Part shown: in pieces, positions 42,000-50,554 of the stretch
Numbering within the stretch: the stretch's first letter is position 1
Layout: each line of letters begins with the position of its first letter
Assembly: GCA_965279515.1 (NCBI GenBank)
Contig: CBDIID010000003.1
Span: 4,192,001 to 4,256,000 of the forward strand
Source: Turneriella sp.
GTDB lineage: Bacteria > Spirochaetota > Leptospiria > Turneriellales > Turneriellaceae
DNA: 64,000 nt
Direction: 5' to 3'
Position numbers and translations under genes: made by a program
Notes under the pieces: model-generated
The model's input: the letters and a program-made list of their open reading frames with translations, nothing else
Told to the model about the DNA's origin: nothing
Databases searched by the model: none

Positions 42000-43424
42000 C
42001 TATATTGCGGGCGCGTAGATGACGCCTGTCTTATCGACTTCATCGCCCGAACGGCCGTGGAAGCCGACGATCGCCATGCCGGCGGGAGCTTCAAAGGTAG
42101 TGCATTCTGAAGTCGTCGAGCCGCCAGCAAGCGTGCGGCCCGTGCTTGTCGTGTAGCGGACATAGTAGATGCGCGTATGGTCGTTCTTTTTCCCTGAACA
42201 AACATAGAGCGACTTCAGGTACTCGCCGCCCGAAAGAATCAGTTCTTTGTAAGAGCCACCGTTGCCACCGTGGATCAGCGCAGTGTTGTCGTTCAAGGCG
42301 GCGCCGAGGCGGTCCACACGCGATCCGGCACGGAGGAAAATTTTATTCACCTTAGGCGCAGCGGGTAGCAGATTGGCGTCATTGTAATTCGTGCCGTGCG
42401 GGCCGCCGAATTGCGCGCTCATCGCGCGGTTTGTCGCCGTGGTAATGTTCCAGCGCACTTCGAGTGGCTTATGGTCTGAGAGCGGCAGGCCAGTCGCGGG
42501 GTTTGTGAACAGTGCGTCGTCGAGAACATACGCCGTCGGGCTCAGCGCCACAAAGGCGTTATTGCGGTAGAGTACCTTGTCGACAATTTCGCACTGCGAC
42601 GAAACATAGCCCGACGCGCAGTCGGTGAGCGGCAGCGTGCCATTGACCGGTGGGACGCCGTCGCGCACCAAATCAATCCACACGTCGCGGAAGCCCGCGG
42701 CGAGAAAATCGTGCATGTTCTGTCCCGCGCGGGTATAACGCGTGTTGGTATCGCCGAAGATGACGACGGCATTGCCCGCGGAGTTCTCGTTGATGTAGTT
42801 CAGAAGCTGGGTGATATCGGATCTGCTGGCCGCGAGTGCCGCTTCATCCCACGATGCCGTGGAAAAGGGGTCGGTTTGCCCCGCTTGTGCATGCAGGTTG
42901 TAAAAGTCGACGGCGACGCCCGGGGCTATCCAGGTGCGCGCCATGGTAAAACCTTTCGGCGTCAGCGCATCGGGGCCAACGCGGTTGGTCCAGGTGACGC
43001 GGTCAAAATCACTGTAGGGAAAATTGCTCAGCTGGTTGAGACCCGAGCCGAACGGTACGCCGCCCGAGGTCGCAGAACGGTAGAGATGATTATCGCAGCT
43101 GTCGTAGAGGGTCGCATGGTAGTTGAAATCCTCCTGCACCTGAACGACGTCGTACGCGCGTATCAGGCAGCTGATGTAAGCTGTATTCTGTGTCGGGTCT
43201 GAACTCGAGAGAATTGCGGGCAAGCCGGCTACATTATAACTCAGCATCCGGAAATTGCCGCTGGTCTGGCCCACGGGCGAAGTGCTGACCAGGTATTTTT
43301 GCACAGCATCGCCGGCGAGCACCGGGCCCGCGGGGGGCAGATTATTCACGGCACAGCCGGTGATGACCCCGAAAGATATGAGAAGGCCCCAGCGGAGCCA
43401 TTTTCGATCGAATGTAGATTGCAT
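42000..43424 (-). CDS. Endonuclease/exonuclease/phosphatase-family lipoprotein with a C-terminal jacalin-like lectin domain
   Basis: ITGC lipobox; SYNVAGLP, QEDFNYH, GDTN, DKVLYR and LSDH; jacalin motifs FGGPHG, HGGNGG and VGFHGRSGDEVD. Confidence 0.85.
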   Translation of the reverse strand: MQSTFDRKWLRWGLLISFGVITGCAVNNLPPAGPVLAGDAVQKYLVSTSPVGQTSGNFRMLSYNVAGLPAILSSSDPTQNTAYISCLIRAYDVVQVQEDFNYHATLYDSCDNHLYRSATSGGVPFGSGLNQLSNFPYSDFDRVTWTNRVGPDALTPKGFTMARTWIAPGVAVDFYNLHAQAGQTDPFSTASWDEAALAASRSDITQLLNYINENSAGNAVVIFGDTNTRYTRAGQNMHDFLAAGFRDVWIDLVRDGVPPVNGTLPLTDCASGYVSSQCEIVDKVLYRNNAFVALSPTAYVLDDALFTNPATGLPLSDHKPLEVRWNITTATNRAMSAQFGGPHGTNYNDANLLPAAPKVNKIFLRAGSRVDRLGAALNDNTALIHGGNGGSYKELILSGGEYLKSLYVCSGKKNDHTRIYYVRYTTSTGRTLAGGSTTSECTTFEAPAGMAIVGFHGRSGDEVDKTGVIYAPAI

Positions 43425-43520
43425 GTTTCCTCCTGTCTTAGCGACGGGTGGAACATAACACGGCGGTAAGAGGATTTCGACCGGAGGGATTATCCGGACG
43501 TCCGGATCGTCATTGCAGGA

Positions 43521-43883
43521 CTAATCGGACATGCCGAAAAAGCGCATGACCTGCGCCTTAACGCGCTTCATGTCTGCGGGGGGCAGGCGGCCAATCTTTT
43601 TCATGATCAGCGCGTTCGCGATGGTGACAAATTTCATGCGTACGAGAGTCGGCTTGGGCAAACCTGCATCCGCATATTTTTGAATCAGTACGTCACCTTC
43701 ACGGGGCAATGTCACGACATTCGAGGTCATAAAAAGAATTGTGGTGTCGCCGGATTTATTGAATACTTTGGGTGAGATGACGAGCCCCGGGCGGCGTTTG
43801 GTTGTTTTTAGGTTAGTGAACGGAAATGGAAGAAGAACGATGTCGCCTTTATCAAAAGCGTCATAACGAATTATAGACTTCAT
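43521..43883 (-). CDS. PemK/MazF family toxin (endoribonuclease)
   Basis: GDIVLLPFPFTNLKTTKRRPGLVIS, MTS and GLPKPT; ATG 43883 overlaps the antitoxin 3' end. Confidence 0.9.
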   Translation of the reverse strand: MKSIIRYDAFDKGDIVLLPFPFTNLKTTKRRPGLVISPKVFNKSGDTTILFMTSNVVTLPREGDVLIQKYADAGLPKPTLVRMKFVTIANALIMKKIGRLPPADMKRVKAQVMRFFGMSD

Positions 43884-44103
43884 CTTCTTCATTATCCCAT
43901 TCGGCGAAACCGGTTTCCGCATATTTATACCAGGCATCGTCTTCTGCCGTGTATTTACGCAGCACGAGTTCGTTGCCGTGTGCGACGAAGAGCACTGCGT
44001 CGCCGTCGTGGATGTCGGCGATCTGCCGCATTGCAGAAGGGACGGTAATCTGGGCCTTGGATGAAATATGCGTCATCGTCGCGGGCATGGATAAAACAGA
44101 CAT
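43861..44103 (-). CDS. AbrB/MazE/SpoVT family antitoxin
   Basis: ISSKAQITVP...IHDGDAVLF; acidic tail WDNEEDEVY; SD AAGGAGG. Confidence 0.88.
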   Translation of the reverse strand: MSVLSMPATMTHISSKAQITVPSAMRQIADIHDGDAVLFVAHGNELVLRKYTAEDDAWYKYAETGFAEWDNEEDEVYNSL

Positions 44104-44110
44104 TTTTCCT

Positions 44111-44166
44111 CCTTACTTTTTCTGGAATATATTTAAGCGCGTCACTTTCGCCCAGAAAAAGTAAGG
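44111..44166. promoter_or_regulatory. 15 bp perfect inverted repeat, probable toxin-antitoxin operator
   Basis: CCTTACTTTTTCTGG (44111-44125) and CCAGAAAAAGTAAGG (44152-44166); the proximal arm overlaps the antitoxin SD. Confidence 0.75.
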
Positions 44167-44175
44167 CACCGCGCG

Positions 44176-46002
44176 TCAGGCCGCAGCGTGTCTGCCGGGC
44201 AGCCGGCGTATGCGCGGCGCCGGGTCGGCCGGCAAGGCGCGCCGCAGCTCTGCCATCGCCTGATCGGGATGCCCGAGATAGAAATGGGCGTGGGCCGACC
44301 AATACAGAGATTGCGCATCGGTCGCGCCGAGTTCGCCCAGGCGCCTGGCAAAGATACCCGCCAGTGAAAACTGGTGAATCTGCAGCGCGAGTTTCAGGCA
44401 GCCGATAGTCGCAGAGCGTCCGGTACTGCTTTCAGACATTGCCGCAAGTATACTCTCCGCCGCAGCCAGGTCGCCGGCCGAAACCGCATCACGCGCCTGG
44501 CGCAGGGCCGCTGCCGGGCGCAGGGCAAAGGGGCTTGCCAGCGGGCGGTAGGCGATGCGCACCAGGGACATGTCGTCGCTCACTTCACCCGAAGCGGCAA
44601 TTTGTTTTGCGATCGCATCGAGTTCTCCGCGGCTGCGTTCGACCGCGTGCAGAAATTTTTCCGCGTCTGTGTTGATGCGCATGCGGCCCGTTTTCTCCGC
44701 GGCCTGTACAATATCGTCGCGCCCGTCTGAGCCGATGATGAGGATATCCCCCGCTTGCAGACGGCCAGTATTGATTTTAAAATCTTCTTTAAACTCGGGC
44801 ATGCCGAGTTTTAACAGGCTGTGCTCGCTGCCGAGAAACCGGGCTGCCGCGCCGCGGTAAAGCACGGCACGCGGATGTTCCGCGCTGATCGAATAATATT
44901 CTCCCGTGGCATTATCAATCAGGAAAAAATACGCTGAGACCAGCATCGAGCAGTCGAAGGTTTCGAAAATTTTCTGCAATTCAATGACTGTCTGCCTGAG
45001 CCAGAATCCCGGGTCGCTGAGTTCCTGTGTCCGGGAGCGGTCGATGATCGCCTTAAATACCGCACCGAAGACGAGGCAGCCACCGGCGCCCTGGATCGAT
45101 TTTCCCATGGCATCCGCGTTGACGATGACGCTGATCGTTCTGCCGGGAAAATGCAGTGTGTACGCAAGCGACAGATCGCCGCCGATGGTCAACCGTTCGT
45201 TGCGGAATTCAAATTCCTTTTTCTGTTTTGTGAAGAAGCTGAGCTCAAGGCGCGAATCGCCCTCGGTAGCATTCACCGCGAGGGGTTTAATGAGTTGGTG
45301 GGTCAGGTAATAGTCGTGGTCCTGCTGTTCCTTGAGATCCTGCACCAGCTGCAGGTTCGCGGCGATTTCATTGCGTTCGTCGCGCGACTGTAATTCCGCT
45401 TTGATGAGTTCGACCCGGCGCTGGTAATCTTTCCCGCAGAGCACGGTCAGAAGGCCCAGATAGGGAACACTCATCGCTCCCAAAATGATATATCCCAACT
45501 CGCCCGTGAAGAACATGAGGTAGATGGAAATCGGTATGAGCCAGGGATAGGTAAAGAGAATAAAGATAAAACGATGGCAGGCGAGCGTGAAGGCGCTGGC
45601 GCCTGCGACCCCGACGACAAGCGCAACGATGGCAATCTGCATTTTCGGGTTCGCGACGCCGGGAAATTGGGCGAGAAATCCTATGCCCAAAAGTATGCCA
45701 TTGAGACAGGCGGAGATAACCGAGATGCCTACGCGCAGCCGCGTATCGCGGATGAGTTTTTCAGCCCTGAAGTGGTAGATGAGTATGGCGAGATTCCAGA
45801 TTCCCTGCACAATCATCCACGGAATGTATTTGCCGGCGCGCGAGTCGACGACGAGCATCGCATAGTAGAGAGTCAGGGCGGCGATGAGGCCGGCCATGGC
45901 AAAGCGCAGGTTGGCGAACATCTCAGAGGCGAGTATCTCATAGACAACCGCCGCCCAGGTGCGACCGACCGCCTTTTCGAGCGGCAAGGGAATAATAGCC
46001 AT
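44176..46002 (-). CDS. Membrane SpoIIE/PP2C-type phosphatase with a C-terminal TPR-like region
   Basis: About 6 TM helices; IGGDL, NADAMGKSIQGAGG, SAEHP, GSDGRDD and SDDMSLV. Confidence 0.88.
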   Translation of the reverse strand: MAIIPLPLEKAVGRTWAAVVYEILASEMFANLRFAMAGLIAALTLYYAMLVVDSRAGKYIPWMIVQGIWNLAILIYHFRAEKLIRDTRLRVGISVISACLNGILLGIGFLAQFPGVANPKMQIAIVALVVGVAGASAFTLACHRFIFILFTYPWLIPISIYLMFFTGELGYIILGAMSVPYLGLLTVLCGKDYQRRVELIKAELQSRDERNEIAANLQLVQDLKEQQDHDYYLTHQLIKPLAVNATEGDSRLELSFFTKQKKEFEFRNERLTIGGDLSLAYTLHFPGRTISVIVNADAMGKSIQGAGGCLVFGAVFKAIIDRSRTQELSDPGFWLRQTVIELQKIFETFDCSMLVSAYFFLIDNATGEYYSISAEHPRAVLYRGAAARFLGSEHSLLKLGMPEFKEDFKINTGRLQAGDILIIGSDGRDDIVQAAEKTGRMRINTDAEKFLHAVERSRGELDAIAKQIAASGEVSDDMSLVRIAYRPLASPFALRPAAALRQARDAVSAGDLAAAESILAAMSESSTGRSATIGCLKLALQIHQFSLAGIFARRLGELGATDAQSLYWSAHAHFYLGHPDQAMAELRRALPADPAPRIRRLPGRHAAA

Positions 46003-46066
46003 GCCAGAGCATAAGATATCCCGGGCGTTTTGTCGTCCGAAATGTATTTTCGGACGCGGTTATGTG

Positions 46067-46474
46067 TCAGAGTTTTTTGTTGCAGGCGGCTTTATAGCCC
46101 AGCGAGCAGGCCTTGGCAAACAGGGCCGCTGCCTTCTTCAGATCTTTCGCAGTGCCGCGGCCGTATTGATATAGCAGTGCCAGTTCTTTGCAGCCCTCTT
46201 GGTCGCCGGCATTGCAGCCTTTTTCAAACAGCGGTTTCGCCTTCGTATAATCTTTTTTATGGCCCCAGGTGCCGAAAGCATAGAAGATGCCTTCGCGCGT
46301 GCATGAATGCGCTTTGCCCGCATCACACTCACGTTGGTAGCGCAGCGGGTCTTTGTCCATTTCTGATTTCATTTTATGATGGGCGTCAATAATCGTGTCT
46401 TTGTCTGATTTGGCGACACCTGCGGTGCTGATGGCGAGGGGGATGACCACGGCATAGAGAAAAAATTCACGCAT
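46067..46474 (-). CDS. Sel1-like repeat (Hcp-like) exported protein
   Basis: KDYTKAKPLFEKGC...GCKELALLYQYGRG...KDLKKAAALFAKAC. Confidence 0.88.
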   Translation of the reverse strand: MREFFLYAVVIPLAISTAGVAKSDKDTIIDAHHKMKSEMDKDPLRYQRECDAGKAHSCTREGIFYAFGTWGHKKDYTKAKPLFEKGCNAGDQEGCKELALLYQYGRGTAKDLKKAAALFAKACSLGYKAACNKKL

Positions 46475-46517
46475 GTGTCGCCCTTAACCCTGACGGGGCC
46501 GCGTCAAGAACAGTAGG

Positions 46518-47045
46518 TTAGTTTGATCGCAAGCCTTCAAGCAAGACGGCGACCAGGTCTGTGAGTTGTTTCGTGCGTTTCTGGTCCCGGCGTTCCAGCA
46601 CCATTTTCGGATGGTGGAAAGACATCGTCGTTTCGAGCAATAAGTCGGCGATTTTTTCCGCGTTGTTCCTGTGGATTTCCTTTTCGGCGATTGCGCGGGC
46701 AATGAGACCTGAAAGCTGCGCATGCACCACGGCGAGATGGCGCGCGACATAGGGTTTGGCGATTTCCAGGCCGGCATTGAAACATTTAAAGAGTTCAATA
46801 TCTTTCAGCACCTTTTGGAGTTTCAGGGCATGGTATTTCTGAAACCAGGCCTGGATCAGCTTTGTGGGTGAATCTTTTTTCGCCGCGATGCGCCCAAGCT
46901 CATCGTCGATGTGCGTGAGCCAGCGCTCTGAGATCGCATCGAGCAACGCGGCCTTGTCGGGAAAATGGTTGTAGAGCGCGGCGTGGCTGACCTTGAGCTC
47001 GTGCGCAATGTCGGTGAGATGGAATTTTTCAAACCCGAAACGGCG
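46518..47045 (-). pseudogene. 5'-truncated TetR family regulator
   Basis: Frame extends to RRFGFEKFHLTDIAHELKVSHAALYNHFPDK (HTH) but lacks helix 1 and a start codon; an in-frame TGA lies upstream. Confidence 0.8.
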
Positions 47046-47192
47046 TTGGGCCGCGTGGGCTTGCCCGACGACATCGGCGGGGTGATTGCGGCGCTTCTCG
47101 GTGAAGGTTCAAAGTGGATCAACGCACAGCGCATAGAAGTGTCGGGGGGGAATTTTCGTTTAAAAGTTCTTCTTAAGATTGTTAAAGATTAA
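47037..47192 (+). pseudogene. C-terminal remnant of an SDR oxidoreductase
   Basis: ETALGRVGLPDDIGGVIAALLGEGSKWINAQRIEVSGG is a typical SDR C-terminus; the rest of the gene is absent. Confidence 0.8.
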
Positions 47193-47982
47193 GCCGGGGG
47201 AAATCCTTAGCGAACTGGCCGTTTGCTATCAGATCAACCCGGCCACCAACGGAGATTTTATCCTCATCTGTCTGGTTATCCAGCAATAGTTCTCCGCGTG
47301 ATTGCGCGTTACCTGATCCTTGTCTAATCTTCCATTTTGTCCGGGGTAACAATGCGGCAAGGCCTGCAACGGCACCTCCTGTCGAGGCATCTTCTTTGCC
47401 GTCGAGTGACACTGTGAATACCCGCAAATCCACCTCTTTTTCGTTGCAATATGCATAATAGCACAGCCCACTCAGCTGATTTTCTTTACAGATATGCATA
47501 ACCTCAGCTGGTTCATGCTGCAGGGTTTTGAGCTGTTCAGGTTCCATTCGCCGGAATAAGCGGCGCCTTCCGCTATCAATGATAGTGCCTAGGTGCTCTG
47601 GCCCTGCGCTTGATTGGATCCGGTTTCGTGGTATTTCAAACCATGAATGGCCCGGCGAATTTTCAAATGCTAAGGTGGTGACGTTACCAGTTTGGCTGAG
47701 GAATTCGATCCGCCCCGCCAACCCGTACGCGCGCCTCAGCACACTATCCGCTGCGATAAATCCCTGGCCGCAAAATGCCATTTCACCTTCCCATGGCGAA
47801 AAAAAGCGGATGCTCACATTCTTTGCCTGGATATTTATGAACGCGGTATCCGGTGCCCGCAATGCTCGAGCTGCCGCAGCGTAGTCCCGTTCATTTTGTA
47901 CCGGCGAATCGAATACGACACAAGTGGCATTTCCCTCTGCGCCGTTACCGACGAATGCGTTGACCCACCAGACTTCATTCAT
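47182..47982 (-). CDS. PhzF / DAP-epimerase-like family protein
   Basis: VNAF...GNATCVV, DTAF, IRFFSP...EMAFCGQG and EDASTGGA; ATG 47982 preferred. Confidence 0.82.
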   Translation of the reverse strand: MNEVWWVNAFVGNGAEGNATCVVFDSPVQNERDYAAAARALRAPDTAFINIQAKNVSIRFFSPWEGEMAFCGQGFIAADSVLRRAYGLAGRIEFLSQTGNVTTLAFENSPGHSWFEIPRNRIQSSAGPEHLGTIIDSGRRRLFRRMEPEQLKTLQHEPAEVMHICKENQLSGLCYYAYCNEKEVDLRVFTVSLDGKEDASTGGAVAGLAALLPRTKWKIRQGSGNAQSRGELLLDNQTDEDKISVGGRVDLIANGQFAKDFPRLNL

Positions 47983-48382
47983 GCCGCTTATTCTGCTCCT
48001 TCGCAGCCATTTGAAAATCCACGAATGCGGTTTCCCAATTTTCGCCATCAAAATGGTGTATCGTGGGTTTACTTGCGGCCATGTTGAAATCATCAAGGCA
48101 GTTGACATTGATGGCATAAAGGTGGGGAGCAGCGCGCGGATGAGAAAATACGTGAATACCGCAAACCGGGCAAAAACAGTGCCTGGCGATAAAAGTACCA
48201 AACTGGTATTCGCCGACTGAATTTGGGTCTGTCAGTAAGGTAAAATTTTGTGGCGAAACACGATAGTGCAATACCCCCTTTTTACGGCAAATCGAGCAGT
48301 TACATTTCGTCACGCTTTCAATGACTGCCTTCACGGAGAAAAGAATGCGACGGCAATGGCAGCTACCGTGGTAAGTATTCAT
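47975..48382 (-). CDS. GFA (glutathione-dependent formaldehyde-activating / CENP-V) family protein
   Basis: GSCHC, CNCSICRK and FCPVCGI; alternative start at 48445. Confidence 0.92.
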   Translation of the reverse strand: MNTYHGSCHCRRILFSVKAVIESVTKCNCSICRKKGVLHYRVSPQNFTLLTDPNSVGEYQFGTFIARHCFCPVCGIHVFSHPRAAPHLYAINVNCLDDFNMAASKPTIHHFDGENWETAFVDFQMAAKEQNKRHE

Positions 48383-48434
48383 CGCGTTCTCAGGATCGGT
48401 ATGTAATTTCTTTTCCAAATGCTCCTCTTCTCCT

Positions 48435-48986
48435 TCAGTCATCAAAAAACCTTTCGAGTAATAAATAAGACTCTTTTATGCGGACCACCTCAGGCTGTAT
48501 GAGCCATTGCAGAAAAATACCGTCGAGAGCACCGATGAAAACAGTGATGAGGTCCCTGTTCCCTTCATTATCAGGCAAGGAGAGATTTACCAGCACATAT
48601 TGGCGAAATTTTCCGAACAGTTCCTGAATTTTTTTCCGCATTTTTTTATTGTCGCGCTTTTGCAGTAAGAAGGATAAGATGATGACGTTGATTTCGGGAC
48701 GCTTCACGCAAAAATCAGCATACTTTCCGAGAAATATCCGTAATTTTTCTTTGCGCGTCTTGCAATTTTGAAAGTCGATCTGTAGTTTTTCCACGAAGTC
48801 CTGAAAAATCAGGTCCATGCAAGCGAGCAGCAAACCTTCTTTGCTCTTAAAATGCCAGAAAATACTGCCGCGCGAAATTTTAGCGTTTTTTGCGACGTCG
48901 TCGAGGGAGATCGTGTCAGGGGTACTGTTGGCCAGCAATCTCAGGGTTTCACGCATAATAAGGATAGGCGTCTCTGACTTTTGCAC
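48435..48986 (-). CDS. TetR/AcrR family transcriptional regulator
   Basis: ISLDDVAKNAKISRGSIFWHFKSKEGLL helix-turn-helix; GTG 48986 preferred. Confidence 0.88.
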   Translation of the reverse strand: MQKSETPILIMRETLRLLANSTPDTISLDDVAKNAKISRGSIFWHFKSKEGLLLACMDLIFQDFVEKLQIDFQNCKTRKEKLRIFLGKYADFCVKRPEINVIILSFLLQKRDNKKMRKKIQELFGKFRQYVLVNLSLPDNEGNRDLITVFIGALDGIFLQWLIQPEVVRIKESYLLLERFFDD

Positions 48987-49013
48987 TCTAGACTGACGAG
49001 TCAGTATAGAGTG
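48984..49013. promoter_or_regulatory. 30 bp palindrome, probable TetR autoregulatory operator
   Basis: CACTCTAGACTGAC-GA-GTCAGTATAGAGTG (13/14 arm match), overlapping the tetR start; minus-strand TTGACA at 49022-49017. Confidence 0.75.
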
Positions 49014-49078
49014 ACTTGTCAAGAAATTTATAGGGTCTGGCTGGGTCTGGCAAGATTGCCCAGAGGGCAACTGTCTCG

Positions 49079-49103
49079 ACGCGTCGATGCAAATCGACGC
49101 GTT
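49079..49103. promoter_or_regulatory. Palindrome upstream of thiolase (candidate operator or terminator-like hairpin)
   Basis: ACGCGTCGAT-GCAA-ATCGACGCGT followed by a T-run; 20/25 identical to 36914-36938. Confidence 0.5.
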
Positions 49104-49186
49104 TTTTGTTTACGGCCTGACGTAACCGGGGATATCCGCCTTAACGTGCATATGCACGTATAAACTGTAGTATAAGGCAGGTAATT

Positions 49187-50428
49187 ATGGCAGAAGCATA
49201 TATAGTCGATGCAATCCGCACGCCGCGTGCGCGCGGCAATAAAAGAGGATCTCTCGCCGATGTCCATCCGCAAGAGCTCGTCGCAGGTCTACTCAATGAG
49301 TTGCCCAGACGCAACAAGTCGCTCAAGGTAGATAAAATCAATGATGTTATTTTAGGCTGCGTGACGCAGGTCGGCGATCAGGCCGCATGCATCGCGCGTT
49401 ATGGTGTGATGGCGGCGCAGTGGCCGCAGGATGTACCCGGCTATACCGTGAATCGTTTTTGCGGTTCGGGCCTTCAGGCCGTGAACGACGCGGCTGCTTA
49501 TATCAAGGGCGGCACTTTTGATCTCGTCGTTGCTGGCGGTGTCGAATCGATGAGCCGTTGCAAGATGGGCTCTGACGCGGGCGAAGTGACTGAAGAGAAC
49601 ATGGCGACGGGCATGTCGATCGGCAATCCGAAAATCGCTGCTCACTACAACCTCGTACCACAGGGTATTTCGGCCGATATCATCGCGACAAAATATAACA
49701 TCACGCGCGAAGAGGCCGACCAGTTTGCCGCATCGTCGCAAAAAAAAGCCGACGAAGCAATCAAAGACGGCCGTTTTAAGAACTCGGTGATTCCCGTTAA
49801 GAAAGATGACGGCACCGTTGTCGACAAAGATGAATACCCGAACGCAAAATGGGATTTCGCATACCTGTCGCGCATGCCGGCTCTGTTCCGCGGCGTGGGT
49901 GAAAAAGTTTTTGATGCTATGGCGCTCAAAACTTACCCCGAACTCGGCAAGATCAACCACATCCACGGCGGCGGCAATGCCTCGGGCGTCGTCGACGGCG
50001 CAGGAGTCGTGCTGCTCGCATCAGAAGCTGCTGTCAAAGAGCACGGCCTCAAGAAGCGTGCGCGCATCGTTTCCATGGCTGTCTCTGGCGAAGAGCCAAC
50101 GATCATGCTGACGGGCCCTGTCTCGGCTTCGAAAAAAGCACTCGAACAGGCTGGCCTCAAAGTTGAAGACATTGACCTCTGGGAAATCAACGAGGCGTTT
50201 GCCGCGGTTCCTCTCTATGTGCAGAAACAACTGAACATTCCATCAGAGAAAATCAATGTGAACGGCGGATCGATCGCCCTCGGACACCCGCTGGGTGGTA
50301 CGGGAGCTATCCTCCTGGGTACTGCAGTCGATGAGCTCGAACGCCGCAAAGCGCGTTACGCTCTCATCACGCTCTGCATCGGCGGCGGTATGGGCATCGC
50401 CACGATTATTGAGCGCGTCGAAGGATAA
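49187..50428 (+). CDS. Acetyl-CoA C-acyltransferase (thiolase)
   Basis: [30 protein letters not shown] and LCIGGGMG. Confidence 0.97.
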   Translation: MAEAYIVDAIRTPRARGNKRGSLADVHPQELVAGLLNELPRRNKSLKVDKINDVILGCVTQVGDQAACIARYGVMAAQWPQDVPGYTVNRFCGSGLQAVNDAAAYIKGGTFDLVVAGGVESMSRCKMGSDAGEVTEENMATGMSIGNPKIAAHYNLVPQGISADIIATKYNITREEADQFAASSQKKADEAIKDGRFKNSVIPVKKDDGTVVDKDEYPNAKWDFAYLSRMPALFRGVGEKVFDAMALKTYPELGKINHIHGGGNASGVVDGAGVVLLASEAAVKEHGLKKRARIVSMAVSGEEPTIMLTGPVSASKKALEQAGLKVEDIDLWEINEAFAAVPLYVQKQLNIPSEKINVNGGSIALGHPLGGTGAILLGTAVDELERRKARYALITLCIGGGMGIATIIERVEG

Positions 50429-50554
50429 TTCAAAACCCCGCGCAGCAGCCGCTGCGCGGTGAATTTTCAATAAAAAAATCTGATTGAGAGGAAATCCCCG
50501 CCGCAGGTTTTGGGATTGACCGCCTCTATATGCCGGGACAGCGATTGTACAGCT

